Origin: an uncultured Chloroflexia bacterium
GTDB taxonomy: Bacteria; Chloroflexota; UBA6077; JACCZL01
DNA: 64,000 bases
NCBI GenBank assembly: GCA_963765765.1
Contig: CAVXYC010000020.1
Span: 672,001-736,000 of the forward strand
Direction: 5' to 3'
A model generated the notes under the pieces. That model was not told the DNA's origin, did not search any database, and was given only the letters and a program-made list of their open reading frames with translations. Below, in pieces: positions 1-9,604 of this stretch. Made by a program: the position numbers and the translations under genes. Every line of letters begins with the position of its first letter. The stretch's first letter is position 1.

Positions 1-55
1 CATCGGCTATGCCCCACGAGCAGCGCACGCGATTCAATAGGAAGAGCGTTTCACT

Positions 56-93
56 AAAAATCGGTCAGATCGTTAACGATCTGACCGATTTTT
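56..93. terminator. Perfect 38-bp palindrome flanked by A/T tracts; likely bidirectional intrinsic terminator or operator
   Basis: AAAAATCGGTCAGATCGTT|AACGATCTGACCGATTTTT is its own reverse complement. Confidence 0.6.
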
Positions 94-232
94 GTGAAGT
101 TTTATCTATCACGGTCCCGCCGATTCGCATCCAACACCGCGTTTTGTTGCACCCTCCAGTGTATGTAGGTCACCTGACCTAGGTCAAGAGCAGCATTGCG
201 GAATCCCTGGTGGGATCGTAGAATGACTGGCG

Positions 233-1792
233 TTGGCGCGAGACAATGCCGTCTCGCGCACGGTTGCCTTTTGGGACATGCACGCCAGCGAGGAGTCGTC
301 AATGTTGATGCAGCGGATCGCGGAAAAAGTGACCATCACACTGGTGGAGCCAGAGCCCCAGTTAGAGCTCACGCTCATACCAGATGAGGCCGAGCTTTCC
401 GATGACCCCCTCCAGGCTTATCTACGCGAGATCCATACCGTGCATCTTCTCACGGCCAAAGATGAGCGCCATCTTGCGTCATGCATAGAGGATGCCGTCG
501 CCGTGGAAGCGTGTGTCAATCACCTGACAGCCGTATTGGAGTGCGTGCCCAGCCCAGGTGACATTACTCGGCACCTCTACGAGCGCCTACAAGCAATGAG
601 TGACATTGTGCAGGCGCTCTCTCATTATGCGGAGATCGACGATCTCGGCTTGCTCTTCACCACTCCTGAAGTGCGTGCCATGTTCGACTCCGTCCTTCAA
701 CGTGAGCTTGTCGAACACGTTACCGATGCGCTCGAGATCGACCCGCTTGTGGCTGAGCGTCAACTCGTTGAGCTATCAGTCATCACTCGAATTCTTCCGA
801 TGTCGGTTCTGGAGCAACTTTCAGGGCATGACATTGGCAACTATCCGCGCCTGGTTTCTCATTTCGAGACCTGGCAAGCACACTATCGAGCCATCCGCAC
901 GGCTTCGGACCACGCGGAGCGACGACTCATCGAGGCCAATCTGCGCCTTGTAGTGAGCATTGCCAAGAAGTACCTCGGTCGTGGGCTTTCCATGCTGGAC
1001 CTGATCCAAGAAGGCAACCTCGGCCTGATGCGCGCCGTGGAGAAATTCGATCATCGTCGCGGTTTCAAATTCAGCACGTATGCAACGTGGTGGATCCGAC
1101 AATCAGTTGGACGCGCTGTTGCCGACCAGGCCCGCACAATCCGCATTCCGGTCCACATGACTGAGGTCATCAATCGACTCAATCAGGTGGCGCGTGAGCT
1201 GACTCAGATGCTGGGACGCGAGCCTCATGCGCGCGAGATCGCGCTCGGCATGAATCTCATCTCCGAGCTCGTAGAGACAGAACTTGCCCTAGATGCAGGC
1301 GGCCACATGCTCGATCCCGATGAAGAGGAGATCATTACTCGTCGTCGCGTGATTCTGCAGACCGGGATCATGCACGACCGAGAGCGCATGCGCCCCGAAG
1401 CCTGGGCAGAGATCGAGAAAGCCAGTGCCCGAGTGAACCAGGCGCGCCGTGCGGCACGCACACCCCTCTCGCTTGCGGCGCCCATCGGTGATGAGCAGGA
1501 AGGGCAGCTCTCCGATCTAATCGAAGATGCTGACGCGGTCTCGCCCAGCGAGATGGCGACTCAGACGTTACTTCGAGATCACGTTCGATTGATGCTGGAC
1601 TCCCTGAGTGACAAAGAGAGCGACATCCTGGTGATGCGCTATGGCCTCCACGATGGGCGACAGCGCACGCTCGAGGAGGTGGGCCGCGAATTCGGAGTTA
1701 CGCGTGAGCGAATCCGTCAGATCGAGGCACAGGCGCTTAGAAAGCTGCGGCATCCGTCCCGCGCCCGCAAGCTGGTGGATTACCTGCACTAG
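233..1792 (+). CDS. RNA polymerase sigma-70 factor, RpoD/SigA-like (true start may be ATG ~302-308)
   Basis: Region 1.2 [11 protein letters not shown]; region 2 [13 protein letters not shown]...[33 protein letters not shown]; region 4 [31 protein letters not shown]. Confidence 0.95.
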   Translation: MARDNAVSRTVAFWDMHASEESSMLMQRIAEKVTITLVEPEPQLELTLIPDEAELSDDPLQAYLREIHTVHLLTAKDERHLASCIEDAVAVEACVNHLTAVLECVPSPGDITRHLYERLQAMSDIVQALSHYAEIDDLGLLFTTPEVRAMFDSVLQRELVEHVTDALEIDPLVAERQLVELSVITRILPMSVLEQLSGHDIGNYPRLVSHFETWQAHYRAIRTASDHAERRLIEANLRLVVSIAKKYLGRGLSMLDLIQEGNLGLMRAVEKFDHRRGFKFSTYATWWIRQSVGRAVADQARTIRIPVHMTEVINRLNQVARELTQMLGREPHAREIALGMNLISELVETELALDAGGHMLDPDEEEIITRRRVILQTGIMHDRERMRPEAWAEIEKASARVNQARRAARTPLSLAAPIGDEQEGQLSDLIEDADAVSPSEMATQTLLRDHVRLMLDSLSDKESDILVMRYGLHDGRQRTLEEVGREFGVTRERIRQIEAQALRKLRHPSRARKLVDYLH

Positions 1793-1811
1793 ACTCCAAC
1801 GCAGAGCTTAA

Positions 1812-1866
1812 GTGACAGCAAAGACGGCAGGGACGCCGAGAGTGTCCCTGCCGTCTTTGCTGTCAC
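1812..1866 (+). terminator. 23-bp stem hairpin downstream of the sigma factor
   Basis: GTGACAGCAAAGACGGCAGGGAC...GTCCCTGCCGTCTTTGCTGTCAC. Confidence 0.65.
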
Positions 1867-1927
1867 CCATGTTCCCCAGAGGTTCCTGGCTACTGTGTGA
1901 CGAAACTCCCTAATCAAGGAACAAAAC

Positions 1928-3325
1928 ATGGACGGACTGGTTGAGTACGTAGAGCGCGAGAAGAAGCGATTTGTCGCTGAGCTAGCCGATCTGGTCCACA
2001 TCCCTAGTGTCAGCGCGCTTCCCGAGCACGCGGGCGATGTCCGCAAGTGCGCTGAAGCGTTTGTCGAAGCGCTAAAGGCAGTTGGCGTCACCGAAGCTCG
2101 TGTGTATGAGACTGATGGCCATCCCATTGTGTACGGAGAATGGCTCGGCGCACCTGGCGCGCCCACCGCGCTGGTCTACGGCCACTATGACGTGCAGCCG
2201 GTTGACCCGATTGACGAGTGGGAACACCCCCCGTTTAGCGGCGCCGTGGTTGACGATGTCATCCATGGAAGGGGTACTGCTGACGACAAGGGGCAGTTAG
2301 TGATGCACATCAAAGCCGCGGAGGCCCACTTCCGTCTGAACAGCCGTCTCCCTTTGAACGTGAAATACGTTTTTGAAGGAGAAGAGGAAATCGGTAGCGT
2401 CCATTTCGAGCAGTTCCTCCGGGAACACAGGGAGCTGCTCGGGGCGGATGTGGTGGTTGTGAGCGATACAGAAATGTTCGCCCCCGACCTGCCGGCAATT
2501 GGTTATGGCCTCCGTGGGCTGTGCTATCTCGAGGTGGAGGTGCGCGGGCCCAGCCGAGACTTGCACTCGGGAACTTACGGTGGGGCGATAGCGAATCCGG
2601 CAAACGTACTATGCCGACTTCTCACGAATCTTAAGGACGAGATGGGAACAGTGACCGTGCCAGGATTCTACGATCGCGCACGCGGACTCACCGCGGACGA
2701 ACGCGCCGAGTTTGCGCGCCTTCCGTTCAATGAGTCGGCGTTTCGTGAAGAGGTGGGAATCCGAGCATTGGACGGCGAGCCCGACTTCCATCCGCTGGAA
2801 CGGATGTGGGCGCGTCCAACATTGGACATCAATGGTATGTGGAGCGGTTTCACCGGTGAGGGCTCCAAGACCATCATTCCATCTAAAGCCACCGCGAAGG
2901 TGAGCTGTCGGCTGGTCCCCGATCAAGATCCGGATCAGATTGCGGATTTACTGGAAGCGCATCTTCAGCGAGAGTGCCCGCCGAGCGTCGAGCTCAGCGT
3001 TCGCCGTATGCATGGCGGGCGTCCTGTCCTGACTCCTCTCAGCCATCCCGCCGTAGGGGCGGCTTCTACATCCTTGCAGCGCGCGTTTGGCACGGAGCCG
3101 GTGTTCACGCGAGTTGGCGGGTCGATTCCGCCGGTTGCAAGCTTCCAGGAGATTCTCGGGATCCCGAGTGTCCTGATGGGCGTGGCCCTCGCGGAAGATC
3201 GCTACCACGCTCCCAACGAGCATTTCGAGCTCGAGAACTTCTATCGAGGCATTTTGAGCGTCGCCTACCTATGGCAAGAGCTTGCCGATGGCGAATGGGC
3301 GAATCCCCAAGGAGCAGCCACGTGA
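1928..3325 (+). CDS. M20 family metallopeptidase / dipeptidase (ArgE/DapE family)
   Basis: YGHYDVQP, GRGTADDKGQ, EGEEEIGS, DLHSG, HAPNE motifs. Confidence 0.93.
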   Translation: MDGLVEYVEREKKRFVAELADLVHIPSVSALPEHAGDVRKCAEAFVEALKAVGVTEARVYETDGHPIVYGEWLGAPGAPTALVYGHYDVQPVDPIDEWEHPPFSGAVVDDVIHGRGTADDKGQLVMHIKAAEAHFRLNSRLPLNVKYVFEGEEEIGSVHFEQFLREHRELLGADVVVVSDTEMFAPDLPAIGYGLRGLCYLEVEVRGPSRDLHSGTYGGAIANPANVLCRLLTNLKDEMGTVTVPGFYDRARGLTADERAEFARLPFNESAFREEVGIRALDGEPDFHPLERMWARPTLDINGMWSGFTGEGSKTIIPSKATAKVSCRLVPDQDPDQIADLLEAHLQRECPPSVELSVRRMHGGRPVLTPLSHPAVGAASTSLQRAFGTEPVFTRVGGSIPPVASFQEILGIPSVLMGVALAEDRYHAPNEHFELENFYRGILSVAYLWQELADGEWANPQGAAT

Positions 3326-4248
3326 CCGTCGCACTTCGGAAACCCGCCCACGGGAAAGCCAGCGCCGGGCCCGCTATGCCGTCAGTGCTCAAAGCGATCG
3401 AGGACATCGGTCAAACCTTCACCGCGACATTGAGGCTCGAGCCGGTCTTGGAGCGCATTATCGATGAGGCCATAGCGCTCGCTGACGGGGACGCTGGTTC
3501 AACGATGCTCGTCTCTGACGATCGTCGTGAGCTTGTTGTCACCGCGGCCCGCGGTCCACGCGCAAATATCATTCTTGGCGCTCGTCAGCCAGTGGACGCC
3601 AGTGTGGCAGGTCGAGCCATTCGCGAAGGCACTCTCATCCTGAAAGGTCGCGTGGAGCATCGCGGGTCGGGCGGCCCGGGCCAACCACGAGAGATCAGCC
3701 GTTCACTCGTCATCCCGCTTCACGTGGCGGGGTGCCTGGTAGGCGTGCTCAGCGTGAACACTGAAACCGAGCGCGAAGATCTGCCACAACACACCGTAAG
3801 TATGCTCGGCATCCTGGCCAATCAGGCGGCGATCTTCATCGAGCACTCGCGGATGTATGAAGCGCTAGCTCTGAAAGAACGCCGCCTCGAGCTCTTCGTG
3901 GATCGCTTCCTGCGCCTGCAGGCGGAGCAGCGCGAAGCGCCAGAGCTGACAACTGACCGACTGCACAATCTCCTGAGCGAGGTCATGCGCAAGACAGTTG
4001 AGGAACTCGCGACAGGATCGAAGCAGCTCATCCCGTCCGTTCCGGACACCAATCAACCGTTGTCCGCTCGTGAGCAAGAAGTACTGGCATTGATCGTGGA
4101 GGGCCTGACCAATAAAGAGATCGGCCGCCGGTTGAATCTGAGCCCGGACACAGTGAAAAACCACGTTGTGCACATCATCGAGAAACTGGGCGTGAGCGAT
4201 CGCACGCAGGCGGCGGTGACGGCCATTCGCATGGGGCTCATCAAGTAG
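3322..4248 (+). CDS. GAF domain + LuxR-type HTH transcriptional regulator
   Basis: GTG start overlaps the upstream stop (GTGA) with a GGAG RBS; GAF (SLVIPLHVAGCLVGVLSV); C-terminal LSAREQEVLALIVEGLTNKEIGRRLNLSPDTVKNHV. Confidence 0.88.
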   Translation: MTVALRKPAHGKASAGPAMPSVLKAIEDIGQTFTATLRLEPVLERIIDEAIALADGDAGSTMLVSDDRRELVVTAARGPRANIILGARQPVDASVAGRAIREGTLILKGRVEHRGSGGPGQPREISRSLVIPLHVAGCLVGVLSVNTETEREDLPQHTVSMLGILANQAAIFIEHSRMYEALALKERRLELFVDRFLRLQAEQREAPELTTDRLHNLLSEVMRKTVEELATGSKQLIPSVPDTNQPLSAREQEVLALIVEGLTNKEIGRRLNLSPDTVKNHVVHIIEKLGVSDRTQAAVTAIRMGLIK

Positions 4249-4261
4249 GACTCATCTTCAA

Positions 4262-4348
4262 CAGCAGATAGGTCCCTGAGTCTCATCTACCCCATTCGAC
4301 TTGCTGGCAATGGGGTAGATGAGACTCATGGGACCTGTCTCTTTGCTG
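4262..4348. repeat. Long imperfect inverted repeat with a 20-bp perfect core
   Basis: TGAGTCTCATCTACCCCATT (4277-4296) / AATGGGGTAGATGAGACTCA (4309-4328), extended by AGATAGGTCCC/GGGACCTGTCT. Confidence 0.8.
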
Positions 4349-4415
4349 ACTTTTCTGCTCCCAAAACCAGCCGGCGATAGAATAGGTCCAAGCACACAGT
4401 ACGATCTGGACAACC

Positions 4416-5009
4416 TTGGCTTCGGACAGCACCCGTTCCCCGACCCTGAGCATCTCAAAGGGTTCTCCCACAATCGCAGATCCGCGTGGGGCGCGATTTC
4501 TCACACTTGGAATAGCGCTCGTCGTTCTTGCACTCCTGGCGCTCTTCGTCTGGGGCATGGGACGGCGAGGGGCCACCGTTGGTTCTGTTCCGACACCTTT
4601 GCGCGAAGCACCGGGATTTCAGCTAACGTTATTCGACCAGCGCCAATTCTCCCTTGATCAGGCCAAGGGAATGCCGCACATCGTGAACTTCTGGGCGTCA
4701 TGGTGCATCCCGTGCGAAGACGAGGCACCCGTGCTCCAATCAGCCTCGGTGCGAAATGCCAACCGAATCCAATTTGTGGGTGTGGACGTACAGGATACTG
4801 ATATCGATGCTCAGCGCTTCTTGCGCAAGTTCGGGGTGACCTATCCCAACGGCAGAGACATGAACGGCACCATCTCCATCGACTATGGGATGAGCGGCGT
4901 CCCTGAGACGTACTTCATTCGAGCGGACGGCCGAATTCAGCGAAAGTGGGCCGGCCCGCTGACGTCGGAACAGCTCGAGAGCTTCATCGCCGAAGTTCTC
5001 TCCCCATAA
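4416..5009 (+). CDS. Membrane-anchored TlpA/ResA/CcmG-like thiol-disulfide oxidoreductase (start uncertain)
   Basis: N-terminal TM; VNFWASWCIPC and GVPETYFI motifs; heads the ccm operon. Confidence 0.9.
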   Translation: MASDSTRSPTLSISKGSPTIADPRGARFLTLGIALVVLALLALFVWGMGRRGATVGSVPTPLREAPGFQLTLFDQRQFSLDQAKGMPHIVNFWASWCIPCEDEAPVLQSASVRNANRIQFVGVDVQDTDIDAQRFLRKFGVTYPNGRDMNGTISIDYGMSGVPETYFIRADGRIQRKWAGPLTSEQLESFIAEVLSP

Positions 5010-5034
5010 TGCAGCACGCACGAACATTGAGCGT

Positions 5035-5761
5035 ATGGCATTCGGCGAGCTGAGTCTCCTTCTGGCGCTGGCGGCAGGGATTGCGTCCTTCCTGTCACCC
5101 TGCGTCGTTCCGCTCGTTCCCGGCTATCTCGCGTTCGTATCCGGCGTGTCGCTATCAGAGCGAGAGCACACGCGTTACGCCGCCGAACGGATGGTACTCG
5201 GAACGATCCTGTTTGTTCTCGGATTTTCGACTGTGTTCGTCGTATTGGGAACAACCGCAGCGGCGTTCGGCGGACTCTTCGATGCTCAGCGACCGATGCT
5301 GTCCCAGGTAGCCGGCGGAGTCATGGTCGCTATGGGCCTTCTCATGCTCGGACTGGTGCGCTGGACACCGGCTCTCCGAGAATGGCGCTTGTTCCGCATG
5401 GATCAGCCCATGGGATTGATCGGAGCATTGGGGCTCGGCGCGGCATTCGGGCTTGGCTGGACACCATGCATCGGGCCAATGCTCGCATCCATTCTGGCTC
5501 TGGCCAGTACCGCGGGGCATCTCGAAGAAGGAGCGCTGCTGCTCTTTAGTTACTCGCTTGGTCTTGGGATTCCATTTCTGCTGGCATCAGCTGCTGTTCG
5601 CCCGCATCTTGCCCGCTCTACGTGGCATCCAGCGGCATGCGACGTTGCTCACGTCGATCAGCGGAATCGCCATGGTGGGACTGGGTGCGCTCTTCGCGCT
5701 AAACCAGTCCTTCTATTTGAGCATCGCGTCCCAGCGGCTTTTGGCGCTGGCGGGACGGTGA
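5035..5761 (+). CDS. ccdA: Cytochrome c biogenesis protein CcdA (frameshift near 5590)
   Basis: SFLSPCVVPLVPGY and GWTPCIGPML motifs; the hydrophobic C-terminus continues in the 5453..5761 frame. Confidence 0.88.
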
Positions 5762-6201
5762 AGTGGATGCCCTTTGAACTTACCGATGCGCTTATTCTGC
5801 TCATCCGTTGGATACACGCGATGGCCGCCGTGCTCTGGATTGGCGCCGCATTCGCAATCCTCGGCGTGCACTCGGGGCTGCCCGCAGCAGGCTCATCGTT
5901 GACCCAAACCATTGATAGAGCCTATCGAGATCTTACGGATGTGGCGATCCCAATCTTCCTGCTGACCGGGGCCCTACTGACGTTTGAGCGGTTCTCGCGC
6001 GGCGTTCCGACAGCCGCTTATATCGGCGTTCTATCCGCCAAGTTGGTGCTTGCGTTTGGTATGTTTCATTTAGGGTATGCAACACGTCGGACCGGTGTAG
6101 GCAGCTCGATCAAGTCGATTCGCGGAATCTGCGCGACTGGAGCATGCGTGGTTCTGCTGGCAACAGTGCTCAAAGCGCTCTCTGAAGGAGCGACCATTTA
6201 G
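5758..6201 (+). CDS. Four-TM CopD/DUF4149-like membrane protein
   Basis: GTG overlaps the ccdA stop; RWIHAMAAVLWIG motif and four hydrophobic segments. Confidence 0.6.
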   Translation: MKWMPFELTDALILLIRWIHAMAAVLWIGAAFAILGVHSGLPAAGSSLTQTIDRAYRDLTDVAIPIFLLTGALLTFERFSRGVPTAAYIGVLSAKLVLAFGMFHLGYATRRTGVGSSIKSIRGICATGACVVLLATVLKALSEGATI

Positions 6202-6639
6202 ATGGCAGCCGCCTCTCCTACCGCACCGCTCGGCCCCGTGGCGCCTCGAAACAACATTCGAAGATGGAAACTCCTCGCCGCGATGATCACCATCGTGCTT
6301 GGTGCCGCGTATCTCATTACCACGAGCATGCAGACCTCAGCCGTGTACTACCTCACCGTGACCGAGCTGCGCGATCGCGCAGCAACGGTCCAGACGCAGT
6401 CCGTGCGCGTCGCGGGACACGTGGCTCCAGGATCTGTTGAGAAGATCGACGGCGGCCTTGCGATTCGTTTTATCGTGCAGGACGAGGGCGGATCCTTCCC
6501 TGTTTACTACAGCGGCGCGCCCGTACCAGACATCTTCGGCGAGGACGTCGAAGTGGTTGTTGAAGGAAAGCTCCAGGACGATGGCACCTTCGTGGCCCAC
6601 ACGCTCCTTGCCAAGTGCGCGTCCAAGTTCGAGGCGTAG
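6202..6639 (+). CDS. ccmE: Heme chaperone CcmE, cysteine-type variant
   Basis: YYLTVTE, VRVAG.V..GS, VPDIF, VVVEGK motifs; terminal LLAKCASKF. Confidence 0.92.
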   Translation: MAAASPTAPLGPVAPRNNIRRWKLLAAMITIVLGAAYLITTSMQTSAVYYLTVTELRDRAATVQTQSVRVAGHVAPGSVEKIDGGLAIRFIVQDEGGSFPVYYSGAPVPDIFGEDVEVVVEGKLQDDGTFVAHTLLAKCASKFEA

Positions 6640-6665
6640 TGAGGTTGGCGACGGTGATGGCCGAG

Positions 6666-6750
6666 CCCTGGGACCTCGGGCGTCCAGCCCGTCCCAATCG
6701 GTGCATCTCAAGGTCTGGTCGGTACGTGCGCTACGCCCACGGTCCCAGGG
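6666..6750. repeat. REP-like inverted repeat between ccmE and ccmF
   Basis: CCCTGGGACCTCGGGCGT ... ACGCCCACGGTCCCAGGG. Confidence 0.65.
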
Positions 6751-6756
6751 TGTGCT

Positions 6757-8752
6757 ATGGCTGATCTGGGCTCGGTAGCGATCATTGGCGCACTGTTAAT
6801 AGCGGTCTACAGTATCGTGGCAGCGCTACTTGGACGAGCGCTTCGGCAAGGTGAGTTGATAGCCAGTGCTCGCAACGGCGTGTTGGCTGTGTGTGCGCTG
6901 ATGACTGTGGCATCCGGTTCACTCCTGGTGGCGTTTGTCACTCACGATTTCTCCATCCGCTACGTCGCTGAGCATTCCAGTCGCGACATGCCTCCGGAGC
7001 TCATTACGGCAGCCTTCTACAGTGGACAGGCGGGTTCGCTTCTGTATTGGGCGTGGACGCTCTCGATTTTCTCCGCGGTGGTGGCCTGGCGGCATCGACG
7101 TACACATCCGCGGCATATGCCCGTAACGATGAGCACTCTCATGGCCGTCGAAGCATTCTTTGCGCTACTTCTCGGTTTCATAGCGAGCCCCTTTGAACGC
7201 ATGGCTACGGTGCCAGCCGACGGTCTCGGTCTCAATCCGCTTCTGTACGACACGGGCATGCTCTACCACCCTCCCATGCTGCTCGCGGGTTACATGAGCT
7301 GGACTATCCCTTTCGCCTTTGCTATCGCCGCGCTGGCGGAGGGTGATACGAGCGCAGAGTGGATCAGCGCCACACGACGCTACGCCCTGTTTGCCTGGGG
7401 CGTCCTGGGAATCGGCAATCTACTGGGCGGCTGGTGGGCTTATCACGTCCTTGGCTGGGGCGGATACTGGGGCTGGGACCCGGTGGAGAATGCCGCCATC
7501 ATGCCCTGGATCGTAGGAACTGCTTACTTGCACTCAGTGATGATTCAGGAGCGTCGTGGAATGCTCAAGGTCTGGAACCTCGTACTGATTCTGCTGACGT
7601 TCTTTCTCGCACTCTTCGGAACGTTCATTGTCCGCAGCGGCATCATCGCCTCCGTTCACTCCTTTTCGCAGTCCGCCATCGGACCGTACTACCTTGTCGC
7701 GCTCATCGTGTCCATTGCCGTCTCTCTCGCCTTGCTCTTCTGGCGCATTCCCAAGCTGCAGTCTGAACATGAGATCGAGAGTATCTGGTCGCGCGAAGCG
7801 TTTTTCCTGATCAACAATCTCCTGTTCCTCGCTATCACCTTTGCGATCTTCTGGGGAACGATTTTTCCATTGGTGTCGGAAGCCGTTCAGGGCGTCAAGC
7901 TGACCGTGGGCCCCCCGTTCTTCCAGCAGGTCACCGGTCCGATGCTCCTGGCATTGATGGCGCTTATGGCCGTTGGCCCGCTGCTCCCATGGCGCAGGAC
8001 CGCACCTGCCACTCTCGGGAAGATGATCTTGCCACCAGCTATCGTCGCGATAGTGACTACGATCACCGCGGCCATAGCTTTGCACACGAGCAACGTATCC
8101 GCCGTCCTCAGTGTCTTCGTTCTGACATTTGCTTTGAGCACTATCGTGTCAGAGTTCGTTCGTGGTACCGTCGCTCGGCGATCAGCCACCGGTGAATCTC
8201 CGCCTCTGGCATTTGTCTCGCTGATCCAGCGGAACCGTCGGCGTTATGGCGGTTACCTCGTTCACCTGGGCATTGTGTTTATCGGCTTTGGCGTGCTCGG
8301 ATCTCAGTTCTTCCAGCAGGAGCGGCAGGTGGCGCTTCGACAGGACCAGTCGGTTGAGATCGGCCGCTACCTACTCGTCTTCAGGGGACTTGGTGAGCGC
8401 ACAGAGCACGGTGCACGGGTCGTCATGGCCCGTCTCGACGTCTTTGAAAACGGACGCTTTGTGGAATCCATGGAGGCAAATAAGCGCTTCTATCGAAACT
8501 TTGAGCGCCAGACCGGCTACTGGAATCCCGATCCGATCAACCGTTCTCGACGACCTCTATGTCGTCATTGCCGGCTGGGACGGCACTCAATCGGCGAGTT
8601 TCCTGGTGTTCCTTAATCCACTAGTGACCTGGATCTGGGTAGGCGGTATCGTTCTGGTTCTCGGAACATTTGTCTGTCTATGGCCTGATCCGCGCGTCGT
8701 CCGTCAACCACGCGAGCGCTGGTCGCCGGCAATGGTGACGAGTGATGCATAA
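6757..8752 (+). CDS. ccmF: Heme lyase CcmF/NrfE (frameshift near 8510)
   Basis: GLNPLL, HPPML, WGGYWGWDPVEN and SVHSF motifs; C-terminus (DDLYVV..NPLVTWIWVGG) lies in the 8246..8752 frame. Confidence 0.95.
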
Positions 8753-9254
8753 GAGTTTTGGCCTCGCAGCCCACGCGATCATCGCAGTCTTGCTCACGTT
8801 CAGCGCTGGACTGGCACTGGCGTCCACAACCCACGCCGACGAACTAGACGCACAGGTGCGCGCGGTAGCCAAGCGGCTTCAGTGCCCCATCTGCGAGAGC
8901 GTAAGTGTGGCCGATTCACCGTCGGAGCTCGCGGTTCAGATGAGGGCAGTGATTCGCACCAAGCTTGAACAAGGCGAATCGGATGAGCAAATTGTTACCT
9001 ACTTCGTGGGCCGCTACGGCGAGAGTGTACTGGTGGAGCCCCCCCGACACGGAGTTGGTTTGTTGGTCTGGCTCGGTCCCATCGCGGCGCTTCTCGTTGG
9101 TGGATTGGCCCTGGCGCTCTGGTTCCGACGTCCGAGGTTGAAGGCCATCGAATCGAATCGCCTCGACTCAACCGAAGCGAGCAGTCCGACTGACTGGAGA
9201 CTCAACGCGGCGCAACGCGAGCTGGAAGAAATGAGCGAAGGGCGCACCGCGTGA
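8745..9254 (+). CDS. ccmH: Cytochrome c biogenesis protein CcmH
   Basis: Signal peptide, LQCPICESVSVADS, YFVGRYGESVL.EPP, C-terminal TM. Confidence 0.92.
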   Translation: MHKSFGLAAHAIIAVLLTFSAGLALASTTHADELDAQVRAVAKRLQCPICESVSVADSPSELAVQMRAVIRTKLEQGESDEQIVTYFVGRYGESVLVEPPRHGVGLLVWLGPIAALLVGGLALALWFRRPRLKAIESNRLDSTEASSPTDWRLNAAQRELEEMSEGRTA

Positions 9255-9604
9255 CATTGGTGATCGGCATCGCACTGGTGGTACTGGCGATCACGTTCGT
9301 GCTGCTACCGCTTTTCCGCAAACCTTCAACTCTCGAGGCTGACCGTCCGGACCCAGCCGTGCTGCGGGCGGCGTTGTACCAGCAGATCCTTGACGCGGAG
9401 CTCGATACGCGGTTGGGAAAGCTCGACTCGGTCGACTTCCAGGAACTACGCACGCGACTTCTCCGAGAGGCCGCAGCGTTGATCGTGGCGGATCAAGGTG
9501 AGGCGATTGCCAACGAAGATGCTACAGCGCGCGTTGAACATGAGATCGCCGCGGCACGAGCGGCGTTACGCGCAAAACCGTCTATGGGTGGGGCCAACGC
9601 GTGA
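9251..9604 (+). CDS. CcmI N-terminal-like small membrane protein
   Basis: N-terminal TM ending in LPL; LYQQILDAELDTRLGKLDSVDFQELR resembles the CcmI cytoplasmic helix; translationally coupled. Confidence 0.6.
   Translation: MTLVIGIALVVLAITFVLLPLFRKPSTLEADRPDPAVLRAALYQQILDAELDTRLGKLDSVDFQELRTRLLREAAALIVADQGEAIANEDATARVEHEIAAARAALRAKPSMGGANA

Noticed and set aside
2974-3321. N-terminal 116 aa of the 424-aa LuxR ORF
   Set aside because: Overlaps the dipeptidase; a better GTG start with RBS lies at 3322
5035-6201. Apparent 388-aa CcdA-CopD fusion
   Set aside because: The joining segment is out-of-frame sequence; the CcdA C-terminus lies in another frame ending at 5761, overlapping a GTG start
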